Made by a program: the position numbers and the translations under genes. This document shows positions 24,941 to 38,760 of a stretch of DNA of 64,000 nucleotides, one piece after another (within the stretch, counting starts at the first letter, position 1; every line of letters begins with the position of its first letter). Under the pieces are notes generated by a model, which was not told the DNA's origin, ran no database searches, and saw nothing but the letters and a program-made list of their open reading frames with translations. This DNA is from Octopus vulgaris (taxonomy: Eukaryota), in the NCBI GenBank assembly GCA_951406725.2, contig OX597814.1:135222001-135286000 (forward strand), given 5' to 3'.

Positions 24941-25227
24941 ATGCTCTCTTACACTTTACTCTTTTACTTGTTTCAGTCATTTGACAGCGGCCATATATAT
25001 ATAGATATATACAATACACACACACACATGCATCTAAATGTACAGGTGTACAAGCAAAAGAACATTTGCTATTTCATGTAGAATATTTGTTTGTTAGTTA
25101 ACCCTTGAAAACTACCATAGCTATATAATACAGATTATTAAATGCAAAGTAAGAAGTAAGATTAAAAACCTGGACCTAAAGGCTTCTTGTAATCAAACTA
25201 ATGGTCAATTGTAACCATCCACAGATT

Positions 25228-25282
<55 letters not shown>

Positions 25283-26119
25283 GTATGTCCAGTATGGAAT
25301 GGAGAAGACCATAATTCAAATACTCAATAAAGACTCACACACTTGAATCCAAAGGCTATAATATGATACTTTCTTCAAAAGCACCCCACCCTTTAATCTC
25401 TAGCTATCACGTTGCTGAAAATTTTTTTTTTTTTTGTCTATTATCTGACCTCCATTTTGTCTATCTTAAAACCTGCATACACACATGCATATATCTGTTT
25501 ACATACACACACATAAACATCACCTGTGCATACACCTGTTTCCATAATAGCTGCCAGCCTGTACACACCCACACACATACAGACTATCAAACCCACACAA
25601 TCTAACACCATAGTGCTAGACTAACCACAAACTCATGTTCATCCACAGAATGACAAAGAGGACCATTTAGTCATCCTTAAGGATGACTCATGACTTGCAT
25701 GGTAACTTTGCTCACTGTTGACCTCGCTCTCTCAATCCATGGCCATCTTCAACCCATTGGCAAGACCAGGTCAAGACAATTGGGGATGGCAATAGATGCA
25801 GTGGATGACCAAGATGCCTCTTCTTGCTCTCTGCACCCCACAATGTGTTGCTGCAGCTGCCTTCCACTCTGCTGAACCATAAAGGTTTGTTCTGCAAAGT
25901 CTTTCAGATCCAATTTTCAGATATGTAGGTAGGTAAGCTCTAATTGATATATTAGCCCATAGCTGGAACCCTGAGAGTTGCTACTACTCCACATTAGAGT
26001 TGGCCCATGTAAATAGTGGCTAAGTGGTGGTTCCATGCTTCTCAAACCCTTTGAACTCCCAAACCAAAGCTCTGCTACTAGATGCAATTTTAAGTCATAC
26101 CCAGGAGAGAGAGAGAGAG

Positions 26120-26153
<34 letters not shown>

Positions 26154-26400
26154 ACACACATACACACACACACTCTCTCTCTCTCTCTCCCTCTCTCTCT
26201 CTCTCTCTCATATGTACATCAGTTGTAGAGGTGATCATAAACCAAAACATTTTCATTAGCCAAATCTAACCTTACTACACCAAAATTAAACATGTATATG
26301 CATACATACATACATGCATCCTATCTCCAATTAGTATTGCCAGACACATCTGGCTACTCTGTTATTCTGAATATTTATGCATGTCATCTAATGCACTTAA

Positions 26401-26468
26401 GAGTTATTAACCCCTGATGAGCTGAGCTTAGTGATTATATCACTGGAACCATTGAAATGGATTAGCTC
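26401..26468 (+). ncRNA. Degenerate HHR-like motif
   Basis: CTGATGA (26414-26420), hairpin AGTGAT-TAT-ATCACT, GAAA (26454-26457), outer GAGTTA/TAGCTC pairing; stem III is poor. Confidence 0.35.
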
Positions 26469-26486
26469 CCCATCAGGCCTTTTGCT

Positions 26487-26544
<58 letters not shown>

Positions 26545-27149
26545 CATACATACACATGCACACATACTAGCACATCATCATCTTCATTAATGTTTTAACA
26601 TCCTCTATTCCATGCTTGCATGGGTTAGATGAAACTTGTGTGGCAGAATTTTTTGTGGTCAGATGCACTTCCTATTGAAGATCTTAACCTGTTTCTAGGT
26701 AAAGATCCATAGGAGTAAATATAAGAATATGTTTATATGTATCATCATCATCATCATTTAACATCTGCTTTCCATGCTGGCATTGGTTGGTCAGTTTGAC
26801 ATAGAGCTAGCTAGGTGGGAGCTGTCCAAACTCCAATTGTCAGTTGTAGCATGATTTCCACAGCTGGATGGCCTTCCTAATGCCAATCACTTAACAGAGT
26901 GTGCTGGGTACTTTCTATGTGCCACTGGCATAGGTGTGTTTATGCAGCATCAACACAGTGCTTTTTATATGGCACTGACACCTAAAAGGACAATGCTTTT
27001 ACTTAGCTTGATGCGTTTTATCAAGTACAACAAATTGCCACATGTTCCGGTCCCTTCCTCAGTGAGGCCCAATATCCGAAGATCCTTTCTCACCACTTCG
27101 TCCCAGATTTTCCCTGGGTCCACTCCTTCCAAAGGTACTCTTCACAATT

Positions 27150-27462
27150 AGTGTGTCAGGCTCACAATCATGAGGTAATGAGTTTGATTCCTGGGCCAGT
27201 CTGTGTGTTGTGTTCTTGATCAAGATACTTTATTTTACATTACTGCAGTTCACTCAGCTGTAGAAATGAGTTGCAATGTCACTGGTGCTATACTGTATTG
27301 GCCTTTCCCTTGGGTAACATCAGTGGAATGGTGAAGGGAGGCTGGTATGCATGGGCATTTGCTGGTCTTCCAAAAACAACCTTACCCGGACTTGTGCCTC
27401 TGAGGGCAACTTTCTAAGTGCAATCCTATGGTCATTCATGACTGAAGAGGATCTTTACCCTT
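27150..27462 (+). mobile_element. tRNA-SINE family C
   Basis: B box GAGTTTGATTCC and core GTGTTCTTGATCAAGATACTT...GTTCACTCAGCTG; minus copy at 56140-56440. Confidence 0.75.
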
Positions 27463-28042
27463 ATATATATATATGTATATATACATGCATACATAGCAGT
27501 CAGAAAGCTACTTGGTATAATCCTCCACACAATCACCAGGTAAAATGCATATATGTAAATATTGGGTTGAATATTTAAATGCTGTTATTTATAGCTTTAT
27601 GTGTGCTTTGAGAATTTGCTATTCCAAAAGAAAAATTATTTCATGTTCTCTCGAAAATATATAAAATTCTTAAGTTGTCATTAGCATATATCTATATATA
27701 TTTATATAGACGTATGCATGTATACACATGTATCATCATCATCATAATCCTCCTCCTCCTCCTCATCATCATCATCATCATAACATCCATTTTTCTATGT
27801 TTGCATGGGTCAGAAGGAATTTATTGAAGCAGATTTATTATAGTCCTATATCATTCCTGTTGCAACACTCACTTGTTTCCCTCTAAAATAATATTTTCCC
27901 AAATGTATTCATATATGTTAATGTTTGTATACACATCACCATCATCACAATGATTTGTTGCTCCCCCTGCTGTCAACCCTCACTCATTACCAGTCAAGGT
28001 CAATTTACCCCATGGTAGAAATGTCATAAAAAGGAAAAATTA

Positions 28043-29607
28043 TATTAGATTCCCGTCTTTGAAAGTTTTTAAAAATATTTACTTCTGGTTTTCTAGCGTC
28101 AGTGACGTCTATATCTCTCTGTCTATATCTCTCTATCCATCTCTCTCTATCTATCTTTATCTCTATCTATATCTCTCTATCTATATCTCTCTATCCATCT
28201 CTCTCTATCCATCTCTCTGTGTCTATCTGTCTATATCTATCTTATATGTCTAACTAGCTAGCTCTCTCTCTCCCGGCTCTCTATATCTCACTCACTCTCT
28301 ATTGTTTTCACTTTAAGTCTTCAGTTGCTATTTACAAACAACAATTACAAATTACTGACAGAAAAAGTTCACAATTACTGATGAAAGTAATTTCATACAT
28401 AATTTACTGATAGAAGTAACTTCATAAATTTCACTTCAATCTGTACACTTCGTTAAATTTGCCTACAAATTTCTTATTTACTTTTGCAATGGTTTTGTGT
28501 TTTTTCTGTTGTTAACAGCTTTTTCCTGGTTCCTTCAATATTGACTCTTTGGTTCACTGACAAATTTTGCTTCAACCCATACAATTCTTTATTTTCCGTA
28601 AAAATTTCTTATTTATTTTCTGCCCATTGTATTAAGAAAAATAATTTCTGTTACCCAGTTATTTTCATTGTTTACTATCTTCTGCACCCATGTATTGCTG
28701 TATAGGTATATAACCATGTCTAGAAGGTAAGTGTCAAATTTGTCTACAATGTCAAGGTCAACCAAAAGAGTGTCTCTGTCCAGGGAAAGAGAGACAGCTG
28801 CAGAAAGGGAAGCATACCAAGAAACAAACAGACTGTGCCCTACAAAAGCCAGAGCATCTCAAAGTGATGAACAGAGGTATGCATGGCTGACAAGGAATAG
28901 GATCACTGCTGCAGAATGAAGAGCAGTCGCAGCAGCTCAGAGAAGCAACTTCTATGAAGCAGCTTTCAATTATAATCCAGCAGTTCATTACACAGATGAC
29001 ACTAGAGTTTCCATTGATGCAATGACAACTAAGTGTATACATTGTAGGCCTGGAAAGACACCTGCACTGTGCTGCAGTGGTGGAAAAGTTAAAATCCCTG
29101 CAATCCCCCAACCTCTAGAGCCATTGAAGAAACTGTTGTCATCAACTGACCAAGATTCCAAGCACTTCCAAAACAAAGTTAGACAATACAATGCTACTCT
29201 ACAGATGACATCATTTGGAGCCACAAGAGATTTAACTGAGCCAGGATTCATGCAAACTATCAAGATCCAAGGTCAGATTTATCATTGGATTGTCTCTCTG
29301 CTACTTTTGTCAAATGAATCACCAAAATCAGCCTTTTGTTGTTTATAGTCTGTTTATTGGTTACGAAATAAGCTACACAAAACATGTTTTTGAATTATGT
29401 GTATTTACTTTATATACATATATGAGTTGAAAACTTTCTTTTAACATTTCACTTAATGTATATGTTCCATGCTGGTATGCGTTGGAAAGTTATTAATGTA
29501 GAAAGTTGTTATCTCAGCTACTAGCAGTTGAGACCTGTGTAATCTAGACGGCATTTTAAAATTTCATTATTCTCTTTAACCTGGGCAATACCTGGTATTT
29601 CTGCTGG
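28043..29607 (+). mobile_element. Internally deleted Helitron
   Basis: Rep N-terminal coding remnant; 3' end CCTGGGCAATACCTGG hairpin remnant followed by TTTCTGCTGG|T (degenerate CTAG). The 5' boundary is approximate. Confidence 0.75.
28716..29348 (+). pseudogene. Helitron RepHel N-terminal region
   Basis: ...AAFNYNP...MTTKCIHC...LCCSGGKVKIP...PLEPLKKLL...SKHFQNKVRQYNATLQMTSFGA...PGFMQTIKIQGQIYH, the characteristic Helitron N-terminal motifs; stops and frameshifts present. Confidence 0.9.
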
Positions 29608-29609
29608 TA

Positions 29610-29810
29610 TGTATGTATATATGTTTGTGTGTCTGTGTTTGTCCCCCCACCATCGCTTGATAACTGATACTGGTATGTTTACATTCCCATAACTTAGCAG
29701 TTCAGCAAAAAATAAGTCCTTACAAAAAATAAGTCCTGGGGTCGATTTGTTCGACTAAAGGCGATGCTCCAGCATGGCAGCAGTCAAATGACTGAAACAA
29801 ATGAAAGAAT
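29610..29810 (+). mobile_element. SINE family B, 3' half
   Basis: GTTTGTCCCCCCACCATCGCTTGA...TGACTGAAACAA. Confidence 0.85.
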
Positions 29811-30073
29811 ATATATATGCATATATATATATAGTGAAAAGTGGATAGAGGTTTCTGTGCAGGTTGTGTTGTATAAATAAATTTAAAAAATGGGTGAAAA
29901 TGCAGAATAACATTAAAAGGGTTGTAATCTTTTTAGGCAAATTAAAAAAAACAAACAAAAAAACAAACAAAAAAACCAGTGTAATATTTCATTTAGACAT
30001 ATGAAATCTTTTTAACTGATATAACTGGTTTTGTCCATTCTAGTTAGATTTATGAAATGGGAATGAGAAACTA

Positions 30074-31262
30074 CAGAGGCGTGCCAGTTTTCTGTGGACA
30101 TTTGTATAAATTTAGAAAAAAGACTCATAGTTCATCAAAGGAAGGCTGTATTTGAAAATAAGTTGGTACAAATAGTCTTGAGAATTCTTTTATTGCACCT
30201 TTTCAATGAATTCACTATTAGCATTAATGGCTGTTTTAATATGTTGTTGGAATTATTGACTTGCCCGAATCAGATGATATTTATCAATTTTGGACATAGC
30301 GCTGGTTTTGGCATACTTCAGATGTTGTATAGAGTTATGAGGGTGCTGATTGACCTCTCTCTTGAATTTGCTCCATATGTAATAGTCTGGTGGTTTGAGG
30401 TCTGGGAGAACATGATCATAGAGATTGGTATGCATCCATGCTTGGGTTGTACTAGCTTTATAAGATGGCACAGTGTGTTGTTGGAAGACGTATGATCTTC
30501 CATTGTGCACTCTGCCTATTTAGGGCCTCACAACTTTCTCTGACATCTATGTGTAGTCAGTGGCACTGACTCTTAAGCCCTGTGAAAAACGTGAGGTGGT
30601 ATAACATTTCCCTCATTGCTGATGACTCTCAGAACTAACACAGTTGCCTGGAACTTGGTATGTATAACTATTGGAACCCCATTTGGGTCTCTGCATAACC
30701 ATCTGTCAATTCTTCAGTCCTGATTGAAGTTTTTTTCATTGGAGAAAAACCAAAGCATTCAAGAGCACTTTGCACAGATTGAATGATTCTCTCTTGTCAC
30801 ATTCAACATAAACTGATCACTCCACATAACATATGATTTGTACTGGATGTCCTTATGCACAACTTTTCTGATATTGTACTCTGAAATCTTGAGGTCCTTT
30901 GCAATGACTCTTTCCAGAGTTTTTATCAATTATTTCTTGCACTTTTTATACAAAGTTATGTGTTATGATAGTATTAGGATCCTGTACAAGTGTTTTGCAT
31001 TTAGCTACTGAGGCTGGATTGCTATCAGCAGCTTCCAGCTCCTTTTTGACTTTGACAATGAAAGATCAGGCAACTTTCACAAAGTGAGTTATCTTTGTAT
31101 AACTATGTTGCATTTTACAGGTAATGATTACAGTGTGCTTTTTATTTACTGAGTCAACCTGATGCCTGACATTATTTATCTGAAATGTAAGGTAAAAAAA
31201 TATAATTTAGAAGAAAGTTAGAGCTCTTGAAAGAGGTGTCCTCAAAAAACTTATGCACTCTG
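30074..31262 (-). mobile_element. Tc1/mariner (maT/DD37D-like) transposon, decayed full-length copy
   Basis: TA-flanked imperfect TIRs CAGAGGCGTGCCAGTTTTCTGTGGACA and TGTCCTCAAAAAACTTATGCACTCTG; minus-strand motifs FFSNEKNF, YVFQQHTVPSYKA and PDLKPPDYYIW. Confidence 0.85.
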
Positions 31263-31577
31263 TATTTACAATAGTTGGAATATATAGAGCTGAAATTGTT
31301 GCAACTGGGCAGAGAACTAGAGTATCAGGTTATAAAACAAAGAATATTCAGTAAAGAGTATAAGTGAAAGGGTGTGGCTTTAAACAATACAAAACCTTGT
31401 TACAAGTTAAGATTTTCAAAAAAATGACTGCACTAGAGAGGTTGATAGGTGGGGAATCAAAGAGATAGGTAGAGGTGATAATGTTGTGTGTAGATGAAGA
31501 ATGAGGTGGTCAGGTTAAAGGATAAGATAAGGAGTAGTTGGTGGAATGTTGTTTTCAGGTAGACCATAAATATTTAA

Positions 31578-32135
31578 CCCTTTAGTATTCAGAATACTCA
31601 GTCATATGACTTGGCACTCTGTTGGTTATGACAATGAGGGTTCCAGTTGATCCGATCAATGGAACATCCAGCTGGTGAAATTAATGTGCAAGTGACTGAG
31701 CACTCCAGAGACGTGTACCCTTAAAATAGTTCTCAGGGAGATTCAGTGTGACACAGAATGTGACAAGGCTGGCCCTTTGAAATACAGGTCCTGCTCAATT
31801 TTTGCCAGCTGAGTGGAGTGGAGCAATGTGAAATAAAGTGTCTTGCTTCAGGACACAACACATCGCTGGTAACTGAACACATGTCTTTACTATTGTAAGC
31901 TGAATACCCTAACCATTATGCCATACACCATCACTTCAGTCAGATGTAATGCTTATTTATTCTCAGTGTTTTGAATTAGCTTTGCATTATATCATAGCTT
32001 TGATATTTCAATGTTGTAACTGTTGATTTTTAGAATTACATTGTAGGGTAGGTATCAGAAGCTGGATCTGACCAGTTTGGATATAAAACAGAAAGAATAT
32101 ATGGGTTGGATATGGCTGGTGTAAATATTAAAGGG
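31578..32135. mobile_element. piggyBac-like MITE
   Basis: TTAA|CCCTTTA ... TAAAGGG|TTAA. Confidence 0.8.
31605..31935 (-). mobile_element. tRNA-SINE nested in the MITE
   Basis: 7-bp TSD TCAGTCA (31598-31604 and 31936-31942); minus-strand head TGGCATAATGGTTAGGG; core shared with family C. Confidence 0.8.
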
Positions 32136-32262
32136 TTAAATGCTTATTTTGGTCTTCTGTGTAGGTTATTAGTGAAAATTGAATAGTCTTTATAAGAGGT
32201 AATATTTATCCTCACTTAAACACGGAGGTTCTGTTAGAACAAACTATACTGCAGTAGTTACC

Positions 32263-32336
32263 ATATATGTGTGTGTTTGTATTGTATGCATGTATGTGTG
32301 TCTGTATGTATGTATGTATGTATGTATGTATGTGTG

Positions 32337-32369
<33 letters not shown>

Positions 32370-32655
32370 GTATATATGTACATATATGTATATATGTACA
32401 TATATATATATATATAAATATGTACATATATATGTATGTATATATATATGTATATATGTATATATATGTATATGTATATATGTATATATGTATATATATA
32501 TGTATATATATATATGTATATATGTATGTATATGTATGCATATATATGTATATATGTATGTATATGTATGTATGTATAGTATGTATCATCATCATCATCA
32601 TCATCATCATCATCGTTTAACGTCTGTTCTCCATGCTAGCATGTCCAACCCATGC

Positions 32656-32710
<55 letters not shown>

Positions 32711-32719
32711 GTATATATG

Positions 32720-32790
<71 letters not shown>

Positions 32791-32916
32791 ATATATATAT
32801 GTGTTTATATATATATAAACTGTATATACTATATATATATATATATATATATATGTTTATGTATATGTATGTATGTGTGTATATATATATGTGTTTATAT
32901 ATATATAAACTGTATA

Positions 32917-32958
<42 letters not shown>

Positions 32959-33020
32959 TTATGTATATGTATGTATGTGTGTATATATATATGTGTTTAT
33001 ATATATATAAACTGTATATA

Positions 33021-33056
<36 letters not shown>
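32263..33056. repeat. Long compound (TA/TG/TATG/CAT)n tract with higher-order repeated units
   Basis: The unit GTGTTTATATATATATAAACTGTATATAC occurs three times (about 32801, 32891 and 32993). Confidence 0.95.
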
Positions 33057-33063
<7 letters not shown>

Positions 33064-33140
33064 TAAGGGTAGAAATTGATATTTATCAATTAAGACCAGT
33101 GGTCTAGCATATTAAAAAAGAATCCGAAGATTAAAATATT

Positions 33141-33336
33141 TATATATACCAATTAGACTGAACACGAAAGGGACAGTGTCAAATCGTCATTTCCACAAAA
33201 GATTATGTTCTCAGATCAAACTCAAACTGAGTTTGATCTGAGAACATAATCTTTTGTGGAGAATGACGATTTGACGTCTATATCTAGCATGTTGACTGTC
33301 CACTTTTCGTGTTCAGTCCTTAATTGGTATATATAT
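33141..33336. repeat. Fold-back palindrome (3-nt loop AAC at 33225-33227)
   Basis: The left arm ...CCAATTAGACTGAACACGAAAG...GATTATGTTCTCAGATCAAACTCA pairs with the right arm, which carries a ~20-nt insertion; flanked by (TA)n. Confidence 0.9.
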
Positions 33337-34439
33337 ATATATATATTTATGTATATGTATGTATGAGTATGCATATATATTGTGGTACATGTCTATACTT
33401 TACTGAAGGCTTGGTGTTCAAATTTAAGGATGAATAAGTCTTCTAAGTAAAAGACCCAAAATTTAATTTATGTCATAATATGCTGTGGAAGTTTGCAAAA
33501 CTACGTCAGGCAGATGGATTATCACTACACAAAACATTGATGGTACATAAGCAACAGATAAATAATGAAAAAGAAAACAGGAAAATTCCATTAACTGGAC
33601 ATATAGAAACATGTGCTGGAATGAAATCACCAAAATTTTTTTAATATTTCCATATTACAAATGCTCGGACTCAACCACAGAAAAACAAAGAAAGACAGTT
33701 TATTATGAAATATAAACCTTGCTTGAATGGTTTATACATAATTTCTTTGACTTAAGGGTAATTAAGATACACATGCATGAGTGCACACTTATATTCACAT
33801 ACTGTTTAGATATGTACAATATATTATTAACTGATGCATGTGTGTGTGTGCAAGTAAATGTGCACTTTGTATATCTTATAAAGACTAATATTTATTAGCA
33901 GCAGAGTCAGTATTAATACCAAGAGGTAATATTTATCCTCACTTAAATATTGATGTTCTCTTAGAACAAACTCATAATATAAGGAAGAAAATACTTCTAC
34001 ACAGAAAAATGTATACAGAATCACCTATGAGAATTGATCAACATGTCTGGAAATTTCCAGACAGCTGCAACAGCCAATACACCAAAGATAACCCTGACTT
34101 TTTTCAGTTGTTTAAATTAGAAGCTTTATTTATACAAGAAAGTGAGGAAAAATGTTTTGGTTTTTGGGAATCCCCTATGGGAATTTATGGACAGTTTTTC
34201 TGATTAGTGGACAGCCATGATAACCACAATACCAAACAAATGCTGACTATTTTCAGCTGAGTTTGAAGGTTTGTTTGTGAAAATGAAAAAGTAAGTAAAT
34301 TTGTTTTGGATCCTTTGAAGCATTGAGAAATTTGAAGGATCTTTCAAACAAGATATACCAACCATACCACTTTCTTTAATAGTAAAGAGAAATAGACATC
34401 ATACACTTCATTGAACTGTTCCTAGTAACTCAGAGAGAA

Positions 34440-35066
34440 CAGCATCGACTACACTATTAGTTTGAGAATTAGAGGAAAAAAGCAAAATTTATGTCTCTGG
34501 ATAACAAAGATGCAGTTTGCGCACTGCAGAGAGGGCTATTGTATTAAGATTTTGAAACCATAACTCTATGGTTTGTTATGTACATGACCATTTTCTTTCT
34601 TTCCCTGTCTACACCCCTATTTCTATATCTCTGCCTCTACATATATATATATATATATATCTCTTAATGTCTACATTTTCCTCTACATGCTCTCTACCTA
34701 TGTATGTATATCTCTCTCTCATTATCTTTTTGAGACTCTCCCTATCTATGGTTTTCTCTTAATGTGTTTCTTATTCCCTACTAGGTCTTTACCTGTTGCA
34801 ACGCTGCTGTTAAATATATTTGCTAATCATGCATACACCTTCTTTTAATAGTAGATTGCTATATAGTGAAAGTCTTGTTAGTTACAATGGTAACAACAGT
34901 CTCTCTCTCTCTCTCTTACTATATTTTTCTCTCAACAACAACTTTTTCTCTTCCCCTTCTAAAAATGCATTGTGATGTATAATTTGATTTCTCCCCTTCT
35001 TTCCCTTCCTCTAATAAATGTTGTGATGGACAAACAGATATCCACTTCTCTTTTATAATATAAGAT
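34440..35066 (-). mobile_element. Non-autonomous Helitron-like element
   Basis: Minus strand starts A|TCTTATATTATAAAAGAGAAG and has internal CT-rich microsatellites; left boundary approximate. Confidence 0.5.
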
Positions 35067-35357
35067 TTCTCTCTATTACACTTTGATTTTTTTCTTTCTA
35101 ATGTTTTTTTTTTTACCTATTATCTCTGTCTCTTATCCTCTCTCTTTCTCCTCTTTCTCTAGGGAATGGAGAAAGGACGGTAACTGTAAGGCAAAATGGC
35201 CAGATTTTTTTGGTTGGAATATTAAAATTAGAATTGAATTTAAAAACATTGCTGCATTATGTATCACATTAAATGCCATACAAGCTTTCTCTATGAGGTT
35301 AATGATAATATATATGGTTTCGTGGGTGTTCATTTTGTATTTTCTGAACAGAATATG

Positions 35358-35405
<48 letters not shown>

Positions 35406-36559
35406 TGAGAGAGAGAGAGAGAGAATACTCAAGGTTTTATATATTGATTTGTTTGGTAAGTTTTGTTTGAAACAATAAATTTCCCCAGTCTTTCAACATT
35501 TCAAGACAGTCTTAGTTTTATCTTGTGGATGAAACACTTTAAATGCTGGTTGTTGCTGCCATTTTTATTGTAAGAAAGACTCATGGGAATGATGTGTAAC
35601 TGTTTCTCATTGGCTGTTTAATTTTCCAACTTTGATGTCAGTTTTTCTTGTTGCTAAATAATTTGTCAATGTTTGTTTCTAGACAGTAGTATCTCTCTTT
35701 GATGAGATTTGTGTTATATCTTGCTATTAATACAGGATCCATGATCATCTCCTATATTTCTAACACAAGCATCTGATAGTCTGTTTTTTTTTATACCGTA
35801 TGACATAATATGTTGCTTTTTGTTATAGATGCATGGCTAGCCAGTATCATAGTTGCCTGTAGTAACATTTGTGGTGTATAACTATGAGATGATGTATATT
35901 GCACATTCTTGTTTTATATTAATTTTATTTTATGATTTTTCCATATTTGACTTTTAGTTTTTCTCAGTACCATTCCAGATTATTCAATTATTTCTTAACC
36001 GGTTGTTATTATTTAGAACCAGGGCACCGACCTTTAATTGAACAGACCTTTAACCAAAGGTATAATGCATCTAGGGCATACATTATCTAATGTATCCTGC
36101 AAATTTTAAGACAGTAGGGTGTGATTTGAGAGAAATTTAATTGCTATTTCTTGAGGTTATACAACAGCATACAAAACACTCTCATTTGCTTGTTCTTAAC
36201 CTCCCACAATATCTTCTTCATATCCTTGTTTTTAAAAAAAATTGTTTTTACACTGTTAAGCCCAAACTTAGGAAAAATAATGAAGAAACTTTATTGCAAA
36301 GGAAGTGGTTTGAGTACTAGTTCATCAAAAATGTTACCTGTCATGGAAAAGGAGAAATATTTATCTTTCATTCTCCCTACATATGTAATCAGAGCAGAGC
36401 ATCCAAAGGTTTAGGCATCTTATTCAACAAACAATAACTGTACAAATTAATGCAATTAGAATTGCATTAGACTTATTCACCCAAAAGCAACATTAAATAA
36501 TAAGTAGGATTGATAAGGATTAATTAGGTATTATAATTATATTTTAACTGGTATGTTAT

Positions 36560-38225
36560 TTGTTTTTTCCAGTGTCGTGTTTTTCCATATACGCATCTCT
36601 CTTTTCTAGACTTGAACAAATGAACAGCTATTTTACAGTTTCATATCTTTTATCCATGTTCCAGAAAAATGCTTAATCCTGAAAATATGATAATTCAGTA
36701 ATATACCAATCAAAAGATACCCATCTGTCCACTTTGTGGAATCTTCTTATCCACCACTTTTCAGTCAGTGTGGCTCCATATGCAGTTCTCTTACAAAAAA
36801 TCTTTCTCACTTGCTACCCACTTTGTATTCAACCACACATTGTACTTAGTCAGCAAAACTTTCCTTTACATTCCACCAATCTTGCCACCTCCTGTCACTC
36901 CAGACCAACAAAGCTATCAATTTTTACAGTATTGCTTGTATTACACTCAGACAATATACTCCAGACCTCAGAGCCATCCCCCATCTTCAGGATTATTATA
37001 TTAATCTTTGTAAATATATTACAGTGAGTTTGATCTCTCAGAAAAGAAATTTCTTTAACTCTTCCCACTATTAACTTTAATAACCATATTATCCAAGATC
37101 AATGCTTTGAGACAGTATTTATTCTCAGTGCTCATTAGTACAGCTTCCTTAATACCAGATCTAGCTGAAACCTATTCTCTAACACTCACTATTGGTCTTT
37201 CATCCTTGACAAATTCATAGAAAATCATTGCTGCAGTTGATATCAGAAAGGCCAATGAATGGGTAAGGCATGAAAATTTCCCAGCTAAATTATCTGCCTA
37301 TGAATTAAGCTGACTTTAGTCTCTTGAATTAGAAGCTTTCTGTTAGGCTATACCATTACAGCTGGTGTAGATGGGGCTCTATCTAATCTGCACTCCAAAA
37401 TCTGTTGTCCCCCAATGTACATTTCTTCCAATACTTCAACAAACTATTTACCATCAATTCCCTTGGTGATGTTATCATTCAACACTCCTCCCTAACCTTC
37501 TGCATATAGAACGATTACGTCCTTTACACATAATCCTGTCTCTACATCCATGAATAGAAACTTCAAACATTCTCCGGTGGAGACAATCATTTTGTTTCTC
37601 CAACTGCACAAAGGCACAGACACTCAGCACAGAGATCAAGTGAACAGTCTTCCACCTCATCTTAATTAACACAACCAAAACCCTCAAAGTCACTATAAAT
37701 GCTACACTTCACAGTTACTTATGGTTTCCCTTTGTAATTTCATTTCATCACATAGTAAGCAATGTAACATAAAGACTATCCTTTTTTTCAAAGCCAGAAA
37801 ATATTTCAGCAGAAATGGCTACTAACTCTCTACAAAGCCCAAATGAAATTCACTATGGAATACTGTTCCCATCTGCAATGGCATATACTAAACACATACA
37901 TTCTAGACTGTATCCAAAACACAGCCAATTGATTGATTGGCAAGAACCATCTCAGCAATACACTCAATGCACTGTCTCCTCACTTTGTCCCTTCTATCAC
38001 TACCACAACAATCTATTCTCCTCAAAACTTGTTAGTACTATGCCACCTCTATTCAAGTCTCTCCTCTGATTATTTAGTGTCTCCCTTTCCATTTCTTGCA
38101 TTAATTCCTAATCCCATTCTTTGTTCTCCAGGGTGCTAACTTTCTAGAATTCCCTACAGTTTTCTTTCAGCCATTAATTTGAAGCTTTTTAAATTGAACA
38201 TAAATCACTCAAATCTGACCAGTCA
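36560..38225 (+). mobile_element. Highly decayed CR1-like LINE
   Basis: Residual RT-like stretches (AVDIRKANEWVRHENFPAKL; YKAQ...HYG...HLQW) and similarity to 18090-18770 and 40330-40950. Confidence 0.55.
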
Positions 38226-38366
38226 TAGAAAGGCCTAAGAAGATCATGGGTACTGTGCCTTCTTCCTAACCCAAAATATATATATGAAAAATCACATGTC
38301 AATCAGATTCCACTGCTATGTTAGCAGTTGTCTCACTTTTTATTAGATTATCAGAAACTCTTCTAA

Positions 38367-38760
38367 GGCGGCGAGCTGGTAGAAACGTTAGCACGCCGGG
38401 CGAAATGCGTAGCTGTATTTTGTCTGCCACTATGTTCTGAGTTCAAATTCTACCGAGGTCGACTTTGTCTTTCATCCTTTCAGGTTCGATAAATTATGTA
38501 CCAGTTACGCATTGGGGTCGATGTAATCGACTTAATCCGTTTGTCTGTCCTTGTTCGTCACCTCTGTGTCTAGCCCCTTGTGGCTAGTAAAGAAATAGGT
38601 ATTTCATCTGTCTTTATGTTCTGAGTTCAAATTCCGCCAAGGTTGACTTTGCCTTTCATCCTTTCAGGGTCAATAAATTAAGTACCATTTGCTTACTGGG
38701 GTCAATCTAATTGACTGGCTCCCTCCCCCAAAATGTTAGGCCTTGTGCTGTGAGTAGAAA
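38367..38760 (+). mobile_element. Young dimeric SINE family A
   Basis: CpG-rich head GGCGGCGAGCTGG; the core occurs twice; 20-bp TSD AGATTATYAGAAACTCTTCT (38345-38364 and 38761-38780). Confidence 0.9.

Noticed and set aside
32212-33066. Long ORFs (up to 265 aa) of Y/I/C/V/M
   Set aside because: Translations of (TA)/(TG) microsatellites that lack stop codons. The same applies to ORFs near 449-998, 1718-1995, 52255-52711 and 55771-56078.
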